In this document: one piece after another, positions 36,814 through 46,560 of the stretch
How the letters are laid out: each line of letters opens with the position of its first letter
How positions within the stretch are numbered: the first letter of the stretch is position 1
From: Bacteroidia bacterium
Lineage (GTDB): Bacteria > Bacteroidota > Bacteroidia > Bacteroidales > Paludibacteraceae
NCBI GenBank assembly: GCA_009929375.1
Contig: SAAO01000003.1
Coordinates: forward strand, 53,128 to 117,127
DNA: 64,000 bases
Direction: 5' to 3'
Program-made: the position numbers and the translations under genes
Notes under the pieces: model-generated
Database searches by the model: none
What the model saw: only the letters and a program-made list of their open reading frames with translations
What the model was told of the DNA's origin: nothing

Positions 36814-39219
36814 TTACTTCACTTTCCACTCAATCACTCCGCCCGACTGACCTTTTTGCAGTTTAGCCGTAATTTTCAGCCCTGTAGTGGTTACTTTTTT
36901 AAAGTTCAGACTATTGTAACAATCTTTCAAAGTAGTATAATAATCATCAGTTTCCACCTCTTTCCACTCTTCACCTGCTTTGTAAAACAGTTTCCAGCTT
37001 TCGGGTACGCGGTAATTTCCATCGTAATGGTCGAAACTCAGCCAGTAAACCTGCACATTCTGTACGGTTTCAGGTTTATCGAACGCATATTCAAGTTCCA
37101 CATCCATCCCTTTTTTCAACCACCAGTAATGGTAAGGTTTCGAAATATCGGCCGACGATTTGGGTTCCCACTGATCGTTCACACCATATGCATTCACACT
37201 ACGGGCGCGGGAGGCAATGGTTGCTTCGGGTTGAGGGCGGGCAATATTCTGCTTGTAAGGCAGCCAAACGGCCATTTCGCCTGCACCGCGATTATTCCAT
37301 ACAGAATAAGGCACTGCTGTAAAAGGCACTTCCGTCTCTGAAATTCCATCAGCAGTTTCAGTCACTTTGCGCGCGGTTCCTTTCAGCACCATAACTCCAT
37401 TAAGCAAATCAGCTCTGAATTCAGCTTTCAATTCGGCATTTTTCGGAATGTACTTATCAAAGACTTGTTTATCTGGCTGATCGGCAGCTTCGAGACAATA
37501 AACCACAGGGCCACGCTCGAAAGCCATTTTTACTTTAGTATCTTCCACCTGTGCATTGGCAAGCACTTTCCGGATTTCCATTGGGAGCTTCAATTCCACT
37601 TTGTCGCCTTTCTTCCATTCACGGTCAATGGAAAGATAACCTTTCTCGGATTTTGCCTTCACGACTTTTCCATTCAACAGAATTTCCACAGGCATATTTT
37701 TATTTTCAGAATAAAAATAAAGATCCGTAGGCACAGGACGGTTTTCGGCCCAACCGGGAATACGGAACTTAAGGGTCAGCTTTTGTGTTTTAGATGGACG
37801 AATGAAAAACTTTACATTGCCATCGTTCGGAAAAACTGTTTCCTGTCTGATTTCAATATTATTCTGGCCAAGCAATACATTGGCTTTGCTTTGCGCATAA
37901 AGATTTATGTAAATGGAATTCTTGTCGGTTGCATACATATAACCCGGCACCGAAGCCATAAAACGCGTAATATTGCCCGGACAACAGGCGCATCCAAACC
38001 ATGCCTGACGTTCGTGTTGACCCATCGATTCGAGCGGATTGTCGTAGAAAAACTTATCGCCGCTGAGCGAAACACCCGCAATCACACCATTGTACAAAGC
38101 ACGTTCGAGCACGTCGATATATTTTGCATCACCTGTAGCCTGAAACATGCGCTGATTCCAGTAAACATTTGAGATGGATGCACAGGTCTCGCAATAGGCC
38201 GTGTGATTGTGGAGTTCGTAGTCGGGACCAAAACCTTCGCCCTGTGCCCGCGAACCAATTCCACCAGTAATATAAAGTTTGCGCGAAGCCATATTTTCCC
38301 AGATTCGCGTCAGTGCGTTGAAGTACGCAGTATCGTTGGTAAGCGCAGCCACATCGGCTACTCCGGAAAATAAATAACCCGCACGCACCGCATGACCTTT
38401 AATTTCCTTTTGTTGCAAAACGGGCATATGATCCTGACTGTATTCGCTCAGGTGATGCCCATCGGTTCCACGTCCGGTTTCCTCCACAAAATACTTTGCC
38501 ATATCGAGATATTTCTGACTGCCGGTAACTTTGTATAGCTTAACAAGTCCCATTTCGATAATCGGGTGACCCGACGGACGACTAATTTGCCCTGCATTCG
38601 GACCAAAAACCTGACAAACCAAATCGGCATTTTTAATGGCTACATTCAGTAAAGTACGTTTTCCTGTCGACTGAAAATGCGCCACAGCCGCTTCGTAAAG
38701 ATGTCCTGAGTTATAAAGTTCGTGGCTGTTTATTTTCTCCCAACGCGCATTTCCCCACCAGCCCGAAAGCCTTGTACAGCGATTTGTGACACAGGTGGTC
38801 AGATATCCATCAGGCTCCTGAGCCATAGCAATCAGATTTATCACACTGTCGAGATAAGCATCGAGTTTTTTGTCATATTTAGCCGCCAGAGCATACGAAG
38901 CACCTTCGATAATTTTGTATGGATCGGTATCGTCGAACGAAAAATCGCCCTTATGCTCGCCATTTATAAGTTCGCCTGCCAATGCAAAATTGTCGAAACG
39001 ACCGCTTTCTTCCGATTTTCCGAATGCAGAAGGAATGGATACAGTTCGGTTTGTTTCAATACGTGGCGACCAAAAACGGTCGGTCATATGTACCCGGTTG
39101 AAAGGCACGGATTGTATATAACCGGCCTTCTGAGCAACAGCCTGAAACGAAAAAACTGTGGCTGACAAGCTAAAAATCAAATAAAAAAAACGTTTTCCGG
39201 AAATAAGTATATGCTTCAT
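36814..39219 (-). CDS. Glycoside hydrolase family 127 paralog with C-terminal discoidin-like domain
   Basis: Signal peptide. ETCASIS and FGCACCPGN motifs. Collinear with the neighbouring paralog over its full length. Confidence 0.8.
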   Translation of the reverse strand: MKHILISGKRFFYLIFSLSATVFSFQAVAQKAGYIQSVPFNRVHMTDRFWSPRIETNRTVSIPSAFGKSEESGRFDNFALAGELINGEHKGDFSFDDTDPYKIIEGASYALAAKYDKKLDAYLDSVINLIAMAQEPDGYLTTCVTNRCTRLSGWWGNARWEKINSHELYNSGHLYEAAVAHFQSTGKRTLLNVAIKNADLVCQVFGPNAGQISRPSGHPIIEMGLVKLYKVTGSQKYLDMAKYFVEETGRGTDGHHLSEYSQDHMPVLQQKEIKGHAVRAGYLFSGVADVAALTNDTAYFNALTRIWENMASRKLYITGGIGSRAQGEGFGPDYELHNHTAYCETCASISNVYWNQRMFQATGDAKYIDVLERALYNGVIAGVSLSGDKFFYDNPLESMGQHERQAWFGCACCPGNITRFMASVPGYMYATDKNSIYINLYAQSKANVLLGQNNIEIRQETVFPNDGNVKFFIRPSKTQKLTLKFRIPGWAENRPVPTDLYFYSENKNMPVEILLNGKVVKAKSEKGYLSIDREWKKGDKVELKLPMEIRKVLANAQVEDTKVKMAFERGPVVYCLEAADQPDKQVFDKYIPKNAELKAEFRADLLNGVMVLKGTARKVTETADGISETEVPFTAVPYSVWNNRGAGEMAVWLPYKQNIARPQPEATIASRARSVNAYGVNDQWEPKSSADISKPYHYWWLKKGMDVELEYAFDKPETVQNVQVYWLSFDHYDGNYRVPESWKLFYKAGEEWKEVETDDYYTTLKDCYNSLNFKKVTTTGLKITAKLQKGQSGGVIEWKVK

Positions 39220-39246
39220 CTAAATGCCTTTAAATAATTTTTTATC

Positions 39247-39254
39247 CAAAATTA
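39247..39254 (-). promoter_or_regulatory. -7 box TAATTTTG (minus strand)
   Basis: Exact TAnnTTTG, 28 nt upstream of ATG 39219. Confidence 0.45.
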
Positions 39255-39579
39255 AACAAGCTTTTTGAATCTCAGATGCTCAACGTTAATAATTCGGCCT
39301 GATTGACCATATTTTAATCCATCGTCTTTCATTATTGTCAGTCTTCTTATCAAAATATCAAAATTTAATTTTGGTAGAAAATTGCAAAACAACATTTTAC
39401 TGATTCGCTCAAACATCTGTTTTTGCTGCTCAGTGAGGTATTTTCATAAAATCAGCACATGGATCAATAAAAATATTATCGAAAAACAATAAATATATTT
39501 TGTTATTCAAATATTTTTCCTTTACTTTGCAACGTGATTTGAATAAACTGTATTAAAACAATCAATAAATTAAAATTTT

Positions 39580-41325
39580 ATGAAGCAATTTTTAAAATTT
39601 ACGCTTGCCACCATAGTAGGTGTGATCGTGGCTTCTGTTTTGGGTATTTTTATCTTTTTTGGAATAATGGGCGCTATAGCCGGTTCGGCCGACAAGGCCA
39701 CTGAACTGAAAGACAATTCAGTATACGAACTAAGCCTGTCGGGTTCGCTTGTCGATCGCACCGAGGACAATCCTTTTGCAGCTGCGTTTGCCGAAGCTCT
39801 CGGACAACCTTCGCAGGCAGTAATTGGTCTCGACGATGTGTTGGCCAATATCGAGAAAGCCAAAAACGATGAAAAAATAAAAGGTATTTACCTCAAAGGA
39901 GGTACTCTGATGGGTGGATTTGCTTCGATAAAAGAAATTCGCGATGCGCTTGTTGATTTCAAAAAATCAGGAAAATTCGTGATTGCCTATGCCGATACTT
40001 ATATGCAAAGCAATTATTATCTGGCTTCAGTAGCCGACAAAGTGCTGATTAACCCTGAAGGAATGCTCGAACTGAAAGGTTTGAACGCTGATCTCGTATT
40101 TTTCAAAAACACACTCGATAAAATTGGTGTGGAAATGCAGGTGGTAAAAGTAGGTACTTTCAAATCGGCTGTTGAACCATACATCACTACCAAAATGAGC
40201 GATGCCAACCGCGAGCAGGTTACTGTATATATGACCTCGATCTGGAAAACCATGCTGAAAGATATTTCAGAATCAAGAAAACTGTCGGTAGATACGCTGA
40301 ACGCTTTTGCCGATCAGATGATGATGTTCCAGCCTACTCAGAAAACCGTGGATTATGCTTTGGTTGATTCAATGGTATATGTCGACGAGGTGGATAGCAT
40401 TATGAAATCATTCGCTAAAGATTACAAACTGGTGAAACACTCGGCCATGACCAAAGTGCCCGATGATATAAAATTCGAAAAAGACAAAGTGGCTGTGATT
40501 TATGCCATTGGTGGTATTGATGGTGGTGATGGCGAAGGAATTGTATCGGAAGATTTGGTGGAAACCATCAACGAAGTAGCCAAGGATGAAGCTGTAAAAT
40601 CGGTTGTTTTCCGCGTAAGTTCACCCGGTGGTAGCGCTTATGGCTCAGAACAGATCTGGCGCGCGCTTACCAAGCTTAAAGAGAAAAAACCTCTGATTGT
40701 ATCGATGGGCGACTATGCTGCTTCGGGTGGTTATTATATCTCGTGTATGGCTGATGTAATTGTGGCTCAACCCAATACTATCACAGGATCGATTGGCATT
40801 TTCGGACTCATCCCCAACATTGCCGGACTTAACAACAAGCTTGGCTTGACATACGATGGCGTTAAAACCAACAAAATGAGCGACATGCTGAGCATCAATC
40901 GTCCCTTCCGCCCCGAAGAACGAGATCTTATGCAGGCTTATGTAAACCGCGGCTATGAGCTCTTTGTGAAACGCTGCGCCGATGGACGTAACAAAAAAGT
41001 GGACGAAATTAAAGCAATTGCCGAAGGTCGCGTATGGACCGGCGAGGATGCGCTGAAACTCGGACTGGTGGATAAAATTGGCGGTATCGACGAAGCTATT
41101 GCACTTGCCGTAAAAAAAGCAAAACTAAAAGCCTACAATGTGAAATCGTTCCCTGCCAAGGAGGACTTTGCAACCAAGCTAATGAAAAGCTTAGGCGAAG
41201 ACATGGAAACACGCTTTATGAAAGCACAACTGGGTGAACAATACAAACTCTTCCGCGAGATTAAAAATATTGAAAATATGAACGGCATTCAGGCCCGTTT
41301 ACCTTACGAACTTATTATAAGATAG
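39580..41325 (+). CDS. sppA: Signal peptide peptidase SppA, 67K type
   Basis: N-terminal TM helix. Two ClpP/crotonase-like halves. GDYAASGGYY Ser motif in the second half. 581 aa. Confidence 0.85.
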   Translation: MKQFLKFTLATIVGVIVASVLGIFIFFGIMGAIAGSADKATELKDNSVYELSLSGSLVDRTEDNPFAAAFAEALGQPSQAVIGLDDVLANIEKAKNDEKIKGIYLKGGTLMGGFASIKEIRDALVDFKKSGKFVIAYADTYMQSNYYLASVADKVLINPEGMLELKGLNADLVFFKNTLDKIGVEMQVVKVGTFKSAVEPYITTKMSDANREQVTVYMTSIWKTMLKDISESRKLSVDTLNAFADQMMMFQPTQKTVDYALVDSMVYVDEVDSIMKSFAKDYKLVKHSAMTKVPDDIKFEKDKVAVIYAIGGIDGGDGEGIVSEDLVETINEVAKDEAVKSVVFRVSSPGGSAYGSEQIWRALTKLKEKKPLIVSMGDYAASGGYYISCMADVIVAQPNTITGSIGIFGLIPNIAGLNNKLGLTYDGVKTNKMSDMLSINRPFRPEERDLMQAYVNRGYELFVKRCADGRNKKVDEIKAIAEGRVWTGEDALKLGLVDKIGGIDEAIALAVKKAKLKAYNVKSFPAKEDFATKLMKSLGEDMETRFMKAQLGEQYKLFREIKNIENMNGIQARLPYELIIR

Positions 41326-41366
41326 TTTATTAATCTTTTTCGCGTTTTTTTTAAGTTTCTATATTG

Positions 41367-41397
41367 AAAGCGACCGTGCGTGAGGCATGGTCGCTTT
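41367..41397 (+). terminator. Intrinsic terminator after sppA
   Basis: AAAGCGACCGTGC-gtgag-GCATGGTCGCTTT followed by T-rich sequence. Confidence 0.7.
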
Positions 41398-41457
41398 TCG
41401 CTTTTTATACACATATCTGTTGTCGGGCTCAATATTCCATCCGTCACTTTATGATAC

Positions 41458-41565
41458 AAAAAAAAAGGGATGACTCACCCCCTTAAAATGCGAAAGGTAG
41501 CTTTGCCTCACGGCAATCTACCAATCTTTTTGTTAACCTTAAATCTAATACTATGAAAAAATCAC
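41458..41565 (-). ncRNA. Candidate orphan small RNA (~105 nt) with its own -7 box and intrinsic terminator
   Basis: All on the minus strand. TATCTTTG box at 41570..41577. GGTAG-A-TTGCC-GTGA-GGCAA-AG-CTACC hairpin with a GNRA loop (41496..41522). AAGGGG..CCCTT hairpin plus T9 (41458..41484). No ATG in the transcript. Both flanking genes end here. Confidence 0.4.
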
Positions 41566-41569
41566 GATG

Positions 41570-41577
41570 CAAAGATA
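41570..41577 (-). promoter_or_regulatory. -7 box TATCTTTG (minus strand) for the sRNA candidate
   Basis: Exact TAnnTTTG. No CDS downstream on this strand. Confidence 0.4.
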
Positions 41578-41811
41578 CAGTGTATTTTGTACACTTGCAA
41601 GAGATTTCGAATAATATTCATTCAAAATTATGTTTTATAACATAATTTATGGGTTTTTCCTGCAAAACACAGTATCTGGTCCACTTTATTATTAAATTTT
41701 ACTATAAAAATTATACTCTACAGCATTATTTCCGATAACAATCATAAGCAAGTTTATAACCAGCATATAAAAACCACAACACTGAGCAATGAAAACAAAT
41801 TCAGTAAAACA

Positions 41812-41846
41812 AAATGAGCGAACCAACCAATGTCGTTCGCTCATTT
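41812..41846 (-). terminator. Intrinsic terminator after ahcY
   Basis: Minus strand: AAATGAGCGAAC-gacattggttg-GTTCGCTCATTT followed by TGTTTT. Confidence 0.75.
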
Positions 41847-41867
41847 AAAATATAATATCGTTACCGG

Positions 41868-41907
41868 CACTAATCACTAGTCACGAATGACTAATTACTA
41901 ATCACTA
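41868..41907. repeat. Word-stutter tract (TAGTGA/TTAGT words) 4 nt after the ahcY stop
   Basis: Minus strand: tagtgattagtaattagtcattcgtgactagtgattagtg. Confidence 0.5.
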
Positions 41908-41911
41908 TATA

Positions 41912-43333
41912 TTAGTATCTGTAATGCTCCGGTTTATAAGGTCCATCCTGTTTTACACCTATATAAGCAGCCTGCTCAGGCGAAAGTACAGTAAGTTTCA
42001 CACCAAGTTGTTCGAGGTGTAAACGCGCCACTTCTTCGTCGAGATGTTTTGGCAAACGATACACATTTACTTCGTAATCTTTGGTAAAAAGTTCGATTTG
42101 CGCCAGAGTCTGGTTTGTAAACGAATTACTCATCACAAACGATGGGTGACCTGTAGCACAACCCAGATTCACCAAACGACCATCAGCCAAAAGCAAAATG
42201 CTGTGTCCATCAGGGAATACATATTTATCAACCTGAGGTTTGATGTTGATACATTCAATGCCGGGGAATTTTTTGAGTTTATCCACCTGAATTTCGTTAT
42301 CGAAATGACCGATATTACATACAATGGCACCATCTTTCATTTTAGCCATGTGCTCAATGGTAATAATATCCTTGTTTCCGGTAGTGGTTACAAACACATT
42401 TCCTTCGGCAAGAGCATCCTCAACTGTAGTCACTTTAAAGCCTTCCATCGAAGCCTGAAGCGCACAAATAGGATCAATCTCAGTCACAATCACGCGGGCT
42501 CCATAAGCCAGCATCGATTTGGCGCAACCTTTACCCACGTCACCATAACCACAAACCACAACCACTTTACCGGCCAGCATAATGTCGGTAGCACGTTTGA
42601 TACCATCGGCCAACGATTCGCGACATCCGTAGAGATTGTCGAATTTCGATTTGGTCACTGAGTCATTTACGTTAAAGGCAGGGAAAAGCAATGAACCTTC
42701 TTCGAGCATCTGATACAAACGATGTACACCGGTTGTGGTTTCTTCAGATACACCACGAATTCCGGGCACCATGCGATTCCAGATACCATGATCTCCTTTC
42801 AGCACATCTTTCAGAATGGCGTAAAGAAGTGCTTCGTCTTCACCACCGGCTTGCTTGTCGAGTACTGAAGCATCTTTTTCGGCAGCAGCTCCCACGTGAA
42901 TCATCATAGTAGCATCGCCACCATCGTCCACAATCACAGTCGGACCCTGATGACCTTCGAAAGTCAGTGCCTGAAGTGTACACCACCAGTATTCTTCGAG
43001 TGTTTCACCTTTCCACGCAAATACAGGCACACCGGCAGCAGCAATGGCAGCAGCAGCATGATCCTGAGTAGAATAAATATTACAGCTACACCAGCGAACT
43101 TCGGCTCCGAGCTCCACCAGTGTTTCGATAAGTACTGCAGTTTGAATAGTCATGTGAAGCGAACCCATGATACGGGCACCTTTCAGAGGTTTCGAAGCTC
43201 CGTATTTTGCGCGTAACGCCATCAAACCCGGCATTTCTTTTTCTGCCAGTTCAATTTCCTTTCTTCCGAAATCGGCCAGCGACATATCAGCAACTTTGTA
43301 AGGAAGGCTGCTGAACAATTCTGAGTTAATCAT
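41912..43333 (-). CDS. ahcY: Adenosylhomocysteinase
   Basis: [37 protein letters not shown] site, HFDNEI, C-terminal KPEHYRY. Start at ATG 43333, downstream of a -7 box. Confidence 0.95.
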   Translation of the reverse strand: MINSELFSSLPYKVADMSLADFGRKEIELAEKEMPGLMALRAKYGASKPLKGARIMGSLHMTIQTAVLIETLVELGAEVRWCSCNIYSTQDHAAAAIAAAGVPVFAWKGETLEEYWWCTLQALTFEGHQGPTVIVDDGGDATMMIHVGAAAEKDASVLDKQAGGEDEALLYAILKDVLKGDHGIWNRMVPGIRGVSEETTTGVHRLYQMLEEGSLLFPAFNVNDSVTKSKFDNLYGCRESLADGIKRATDIMLAGKVVVVCGYGDVGKGCAKSMLAYGARVIVTEIDPICALQASMEGFKVTTVEDALAEGNVFVTTTGNKDIITIEHMAKMKDGAIVCNIGHFDNEIQVDKLKKFPGIECINIKPQVDKYVFPDGHSILLLADGRLVNLGCATGHPSFVMSNSFTNQTLAQIELFTKDYEVNVYRLPKHLDEEVARLHLEQLGVKLTVLSPEQAAYIGVKQDGPYKPEHYRY

Positions 43334-43387
43334 ATTTTTAATTAATGTTTTGATTTTTATCAATTTATTATTGCCCGAAAAGGGTTG

Positions 43388-43395
43388 CAAAGTTA
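43388..43395 (-). promoter_or_regulatory. -7 box TAACTTTG (minus strand) for ahcY
   Basis: Exact TAnnTTTG, 55 nt upstream of ATG 43333. Confidence 0.45.
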
Positions 43396-43416
43396 CATTT
43401 TTTCGGCGGAAATTTC

Positions 43417-43424
43417 TATTTTTG
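43417..43424 (+). promoter_or_regulatory. -7 box TATTTTTG
   Basis: Exact TAnnTTTG, 95 nt upstream of ATG 43519. Confidence 0.35.
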
Positions 43425-43518
43425 TAACATTGTTTTTGAATTACTGCAGACTAAAAACCTTCAGCAGCTTATTAAATTCAAAAATCAGAATTTGTTTTAC
43501 AGAAAAAACTATGATAAA

Positions 43519-44160
43519 ATGATTGTATACATTGATGCTCATACTCATCATTCCGACAGATGTAATCCCTTTGCTGTAAGGAATCTAAACCTTGGGGAAA
43601 TTGATAACTTTTTAAAAACAGATATAAACGAATTTTGTTCGGCAGGCATTCATCCCTGGGAAGTACACCTGCACAGCACCGAAATACTTACAAAAATAGA
43701 GGAGGCCCTCGCCGATCCACGCATAAAAGCCGTTGGCGAATGCGGGCTCGACCGCAACAGCAAAGCAACTATCAAAGAGCAACTCTACTTTTTCGAACGT
43801 CAGGTGCAGCTTTCGGAAACATTTGCCAAACCACTGATTATCCATTGTGTGGCTGCATACAACGAACTTATTAACCTGCGTACAAAACTAAAACCAACTC
43901 AGAACTGGGTAGTTCACGGGTTCAGAGGCAAACCGCAACTTGCCAAACAACTTCTCAATGCGGGTTTTGCAATTTCATACGGTGAACATTTCAATCCCGA
44001 GAGTGTGGCTGTAACGCCTCTGGATAAATTATGCATAGAAACCGACGAAAGCGAAATGCCTATCGAAGAAATATATAAGAAAATTGCGACCATCAAAGAC
44101 TGCCGTACGCACGAACTAAACGGGGCATGCAATTTGCTTAAGCTGTACGTCTGTCAATAA
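43519..44160 (+). CDS. TatD-family hydrolase
   Basis: IDAHTHH metal site, GECGLD, IIHCV, ETD. Start at the first ATG, 43519. Confidence 0.8.
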   Translation: MIVYIDAHTHHSDRCNPFAVRNLNLGEIDNFLKTDINEFCSAGIHPWEVHLHSTEILTKIEEALADPRIKAVGECGLDRNSKATIKEQLYFFERQVQLSETFAKPLIIHCVAAYNELINLRTKLKPTQNWVVHGFRGKPQLAKQLLNAGFAISYGEHFNPESVAVTPLDKLCIETDESEMPIEEIYKKIATIKDCRTHELNGACNLLKLYVCQ

Positions 44161-44196
44161 ACAAACATAATGTGACCGAAAATAGTTAGTTTTTTG

Positions 44197-44204
44197 TACT
44201 TTTG
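44197..44204 (+). promoter_or_regulatory. -7 box TACTTTTG
   Basis: Exact TAnnTTTG, 20 nt upstream of ATG 44224. Confidence 0.45.
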
Positions 44205-44223
44205 TCACTCTAAAACAAATATC

Positions 44224-45843
44224 ATGAAGCATTTTTTGAACAAAAGCATTAATCATGCACACAAACTTCTTGTTTTATCAGCACTTATCATTATTTCAGG
44301 AAGTTTGCATGCCCAGATACTGAACTCAGTACAACAACGCAAACTTTCGAACGCATACACTATTATTACCAATCTGTATGTGGATTCTATCAATGAAAAA
44401 AAGCTGGTGGAAAGTGCCATTGAATCAATGCTTAAAGAACTCGACCCGCATTCGTCCTATATTCCGAAAGAAGAAGTGGAAAGAGTAAATGAACCGCTCG
44501 AAGGCAGTTTTGAAGGTGTGGGAATTCAATTCCAGCTGCTGGAGGATACTTTGCTCGTAGTCCAAACTATTTCGGGAGCACCCGCCGAAAAGGTTGGGGT
44601 ACTGGCCGGCGACCGCATTATTTATATCAACAACGAACTGATTGCCGGTGTAAAAATGCAAAATTCCGACATTATGAAACGACTTCGCGGGCCAAAAGGT
44701 ACCGAGGTCACGGTTAAAGTGCTTCGTCGTGATCATAAAGACTTAATGGAATTCAAAATTATTCGCGATAAAATTCCAGTTTACAGCGTGGATGCCATTT
44801 ACATGGTGACCAAAGAAATAGGCTACATTAAAATCAATAATTTCGGAGCTACCACAGCCGACGAATTCCAGAAAGCATTCAGCAAACTTCAGAAACAGGG
44901 AATGAAACATCTTATCCTTAGTCTTCAGGGTAATGGAGGTGGTTATCTGAATGCTGCACAGCAAATTGCTGATGAATTTTTGAAGGATGATAAACTGATT
45001 GTATATACACAAGGATTGAATCAACCCAAGAGTGTCATGTCATCGTCGGCCCGCGGACGTTACGAAAACGGCAAACTGATTATTCTGGTGGATGAATATT
45101 CTGCTTCAGCCAGCGAAATTGTTTCGGGAGCCATTCAGGACTGGGATCGCGGTATTATTGTGGGTCGCCGTACTTTCGGAAAGGGACTTGTACAACGTCA
45201 GATTCCATTGCCCGACGGTTCAATGATGCGTCTCACCACAGCACGTTACTATACACCAACAGGCCGTTCTATTCAGAAACCATACAAAGATGGTCCTGAA
45301 AAATATGAAAAAGAATTGCTCAACAGATACAATCACGGTGAGTTTCTTTATGCCGACAGTATCCAATTTCCGGATTCACTGCGTTATCAAACACTCCTGT
45401 TGAAACGCACCGTATATGGAGGCGGAGGAATTATGCCCGACATTTTTGTTCCGATCGACACTACAAAAAACATTAATGCTTACCACCGCAACATTATTGC
45501 AAAAGGCGTACTCAACAAAGTGGTAATGCAATATATCGATCGAAACAGAAATGATCTGAAGAAAAAATTCAGCACTTTCGAAAAATTCGATAAAAAATTC
45601 GATGTGAGCAACGACATAATGGAAACACTTAAAGCTGCCGGCGAGAAAGAAAAAATCGAGTTTAACGAAGAGCAGTACAAAAAGGCTGAACCCATTATTA
45701 AACTACAAATAAAAGCGCTTGTAGCCCGCGACCTCTGGGATATGAATGAATATTACAGAGTAATTGATGCCGAAAATGAATCGCTGCAAAAAGCAGTGGA
45801 AATTCTGCAAACACCGGGTGCCTACGAGAAGATTTTGAAATAA
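44224..45843 (+). CDS. S41-family carboxy-terminal processing peptidase
   Basis: Signal/TM N-terminus. PDZ region (GAPAEKVGVLAGDRI). Catalytic SASASEI Ser and RRTFGKG Lys. Confidence 0.85.
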   Translation: MKHFLNKSINHAHKLLVLSALIIISGSLHAQILNSVQQRKLSNAYTIITNLYVDSINEKKLVESAIESMLKELDPHSSYIPKEEVERVNEPLEGSFEGVGIQFQLLEDTLLVVQTISGAPAEKVGVLAGDRIIYINNELIAGVKMQNSDIMKRLRGPKGTEVTVKVLRRDHKDLMEFKIIRDKIPVYSVDAIYMVTKEIGYIKINNFGATTADEFQKAFSKLQKQGMKHLILSLQGNGGGYLNAAQQIADEFLKDDKLIVYTQGLNQPKSVMSSSARGRYENGKLIILVDEYSASASEIVSGAIQDWDRGIIVGRRTFGKGLVQRQIPLPDGSMMRLTTARYYTPTGRSIQKPYKDGPEKYEKELLNRYNHGEFLYADSIQFPDSLRYQTLLLKRTVYGGGGIMPDIFVPIDTTKNINAYHRNIIAKGVLNKVVMQYIDRNRNDLKKKFSTFEKFDKKFDVSNDIMETLKAAGEKEKIEFNEEQYKKAEPIIKLQIKALVARDLWDMNEYYRVIDAENESLQKAVEILQTPGAYEKILK

Positions 45844-45852
45844 CATATGAAT

Positions 45853-45882
45853 CATTCCCCGTAATTTCTTTTGCGGGGAATG
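45853..45882 (+). terminator. Hairpin/terminator after the S41 peptidase gene
   Basis: CATTCCCCG-taatttcttttg-CGGGGAATG followed by TTGTTT. Ends 19 nt before the pnuC ATG. Confidence 0.6.
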
Positions 45883-45900
45883 TTGTTTCTACACCATCGA

Positions 45901-46488
45901 ATGAATAGCATTTTCGAATACATATTGCAAAACGGAGTCGAAATCACAGGTTCTGTACTTAGTATAATTTACCTTTATTTATCGGTAAAACAAAAAGCGG
46001 GGCTCTGGATTTTCGGCTTTCTATGCTCCGCACTTTACACTGTGGTTTTCTTCGAAAGTAAATTCTACGCCGACATGACACTTCAGGTCTATTACATGGG
46101 CGTAAGTATTTTCGGTTGGATAAGCTGGAGAGCAGGAAAAATTCAACCGGAGAAAGAGCTTCCGGTAAAACGCACCACCTTTAAGTCGGCACTGATTATT
46201 TCCGTTATTGCGTTGGCATTATTTTTCATTTACCGCTTTGTATTACTGAATTACACCGATTCTCCGCTACCCAATGCCGATTCGCTGACCACAGCTTTGA
46301 GTATTGTGGCCACATGGATGCTGGCACGTAAAATGATAGAACACTGGCTGCTGTGGATTTTTATCGATGCGATATCGGCAGGTTTGTATTTTTACAAGGA
46401 ACTATACCCTACCGCTGTGCTTTTTGTAATTTATACTATAATGGCTGTCATCGGCTATTATCAGTGGAAAAAAGACTTACAGAAATAA
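45901..46488 (+). CDS. pnuC: Nicotinamide riboside transporter PnuC
   Basis: About 195 aa and 7-TM. W-rich PnuC blocks (GLWIFGF, YYMGVSIFGWISW, HWLLWIFID, IGYYQW). Confidence 0.8.
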   Translation: MNSIFEYILQNGVEITGSVLSIIYLYLSVKQKAGLWIFGFLCSALYTVVFFESKFYADMTLQVYYMGVSIFGWISWRAGKIQPEKELPVKRTTFKSALIISVIALALFFIYRFVLLNYTDSPLPNADSLTTALSIVATWMLARKMIEHWLLWIFIDAISAGLYFYKELYPTAVLFVIYTIMAVIGYYQWKKDLQK

Positions 46489-46508
46489 CACTTATATAAC
46501 TACACAAA

Positions 46509-46535
46509 AAAAGACAGGGCAATCACCCTGTCTTT
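46509..46535. terminator. Bidirectional terminator between convergent pnuC and the carboxyspermidine dehydrogenase gene
   Basis: AAAGACAGGG-caatca-CCCTGTCTTT. Confidence 0.75.
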
Positions 46536-46560
46536 GTTCTTTTGTCTTTGCTTTATCTTC

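Noticed and set aside
41553-41645. 30-codon ORF (MKKSRCKDTVYFVHLQEISNNIHSKLCFIT) in the sppA/ahcY spacer.
   Set aside because: It has no promoter box upstream on its strand and no recognisable peptide features. It overlaps the minus-strand -7 box and the palindrome, so it is more likely chance.
43334-43387. SAH riboswitch upstream of ahcY.
   Set aside because: The leader between the -7 box and the ATG is only about 50 nt. It is AT-rich and has no GC-rich pseudoknot-forming helices, so it is too short and too unstructured for the SAH element.
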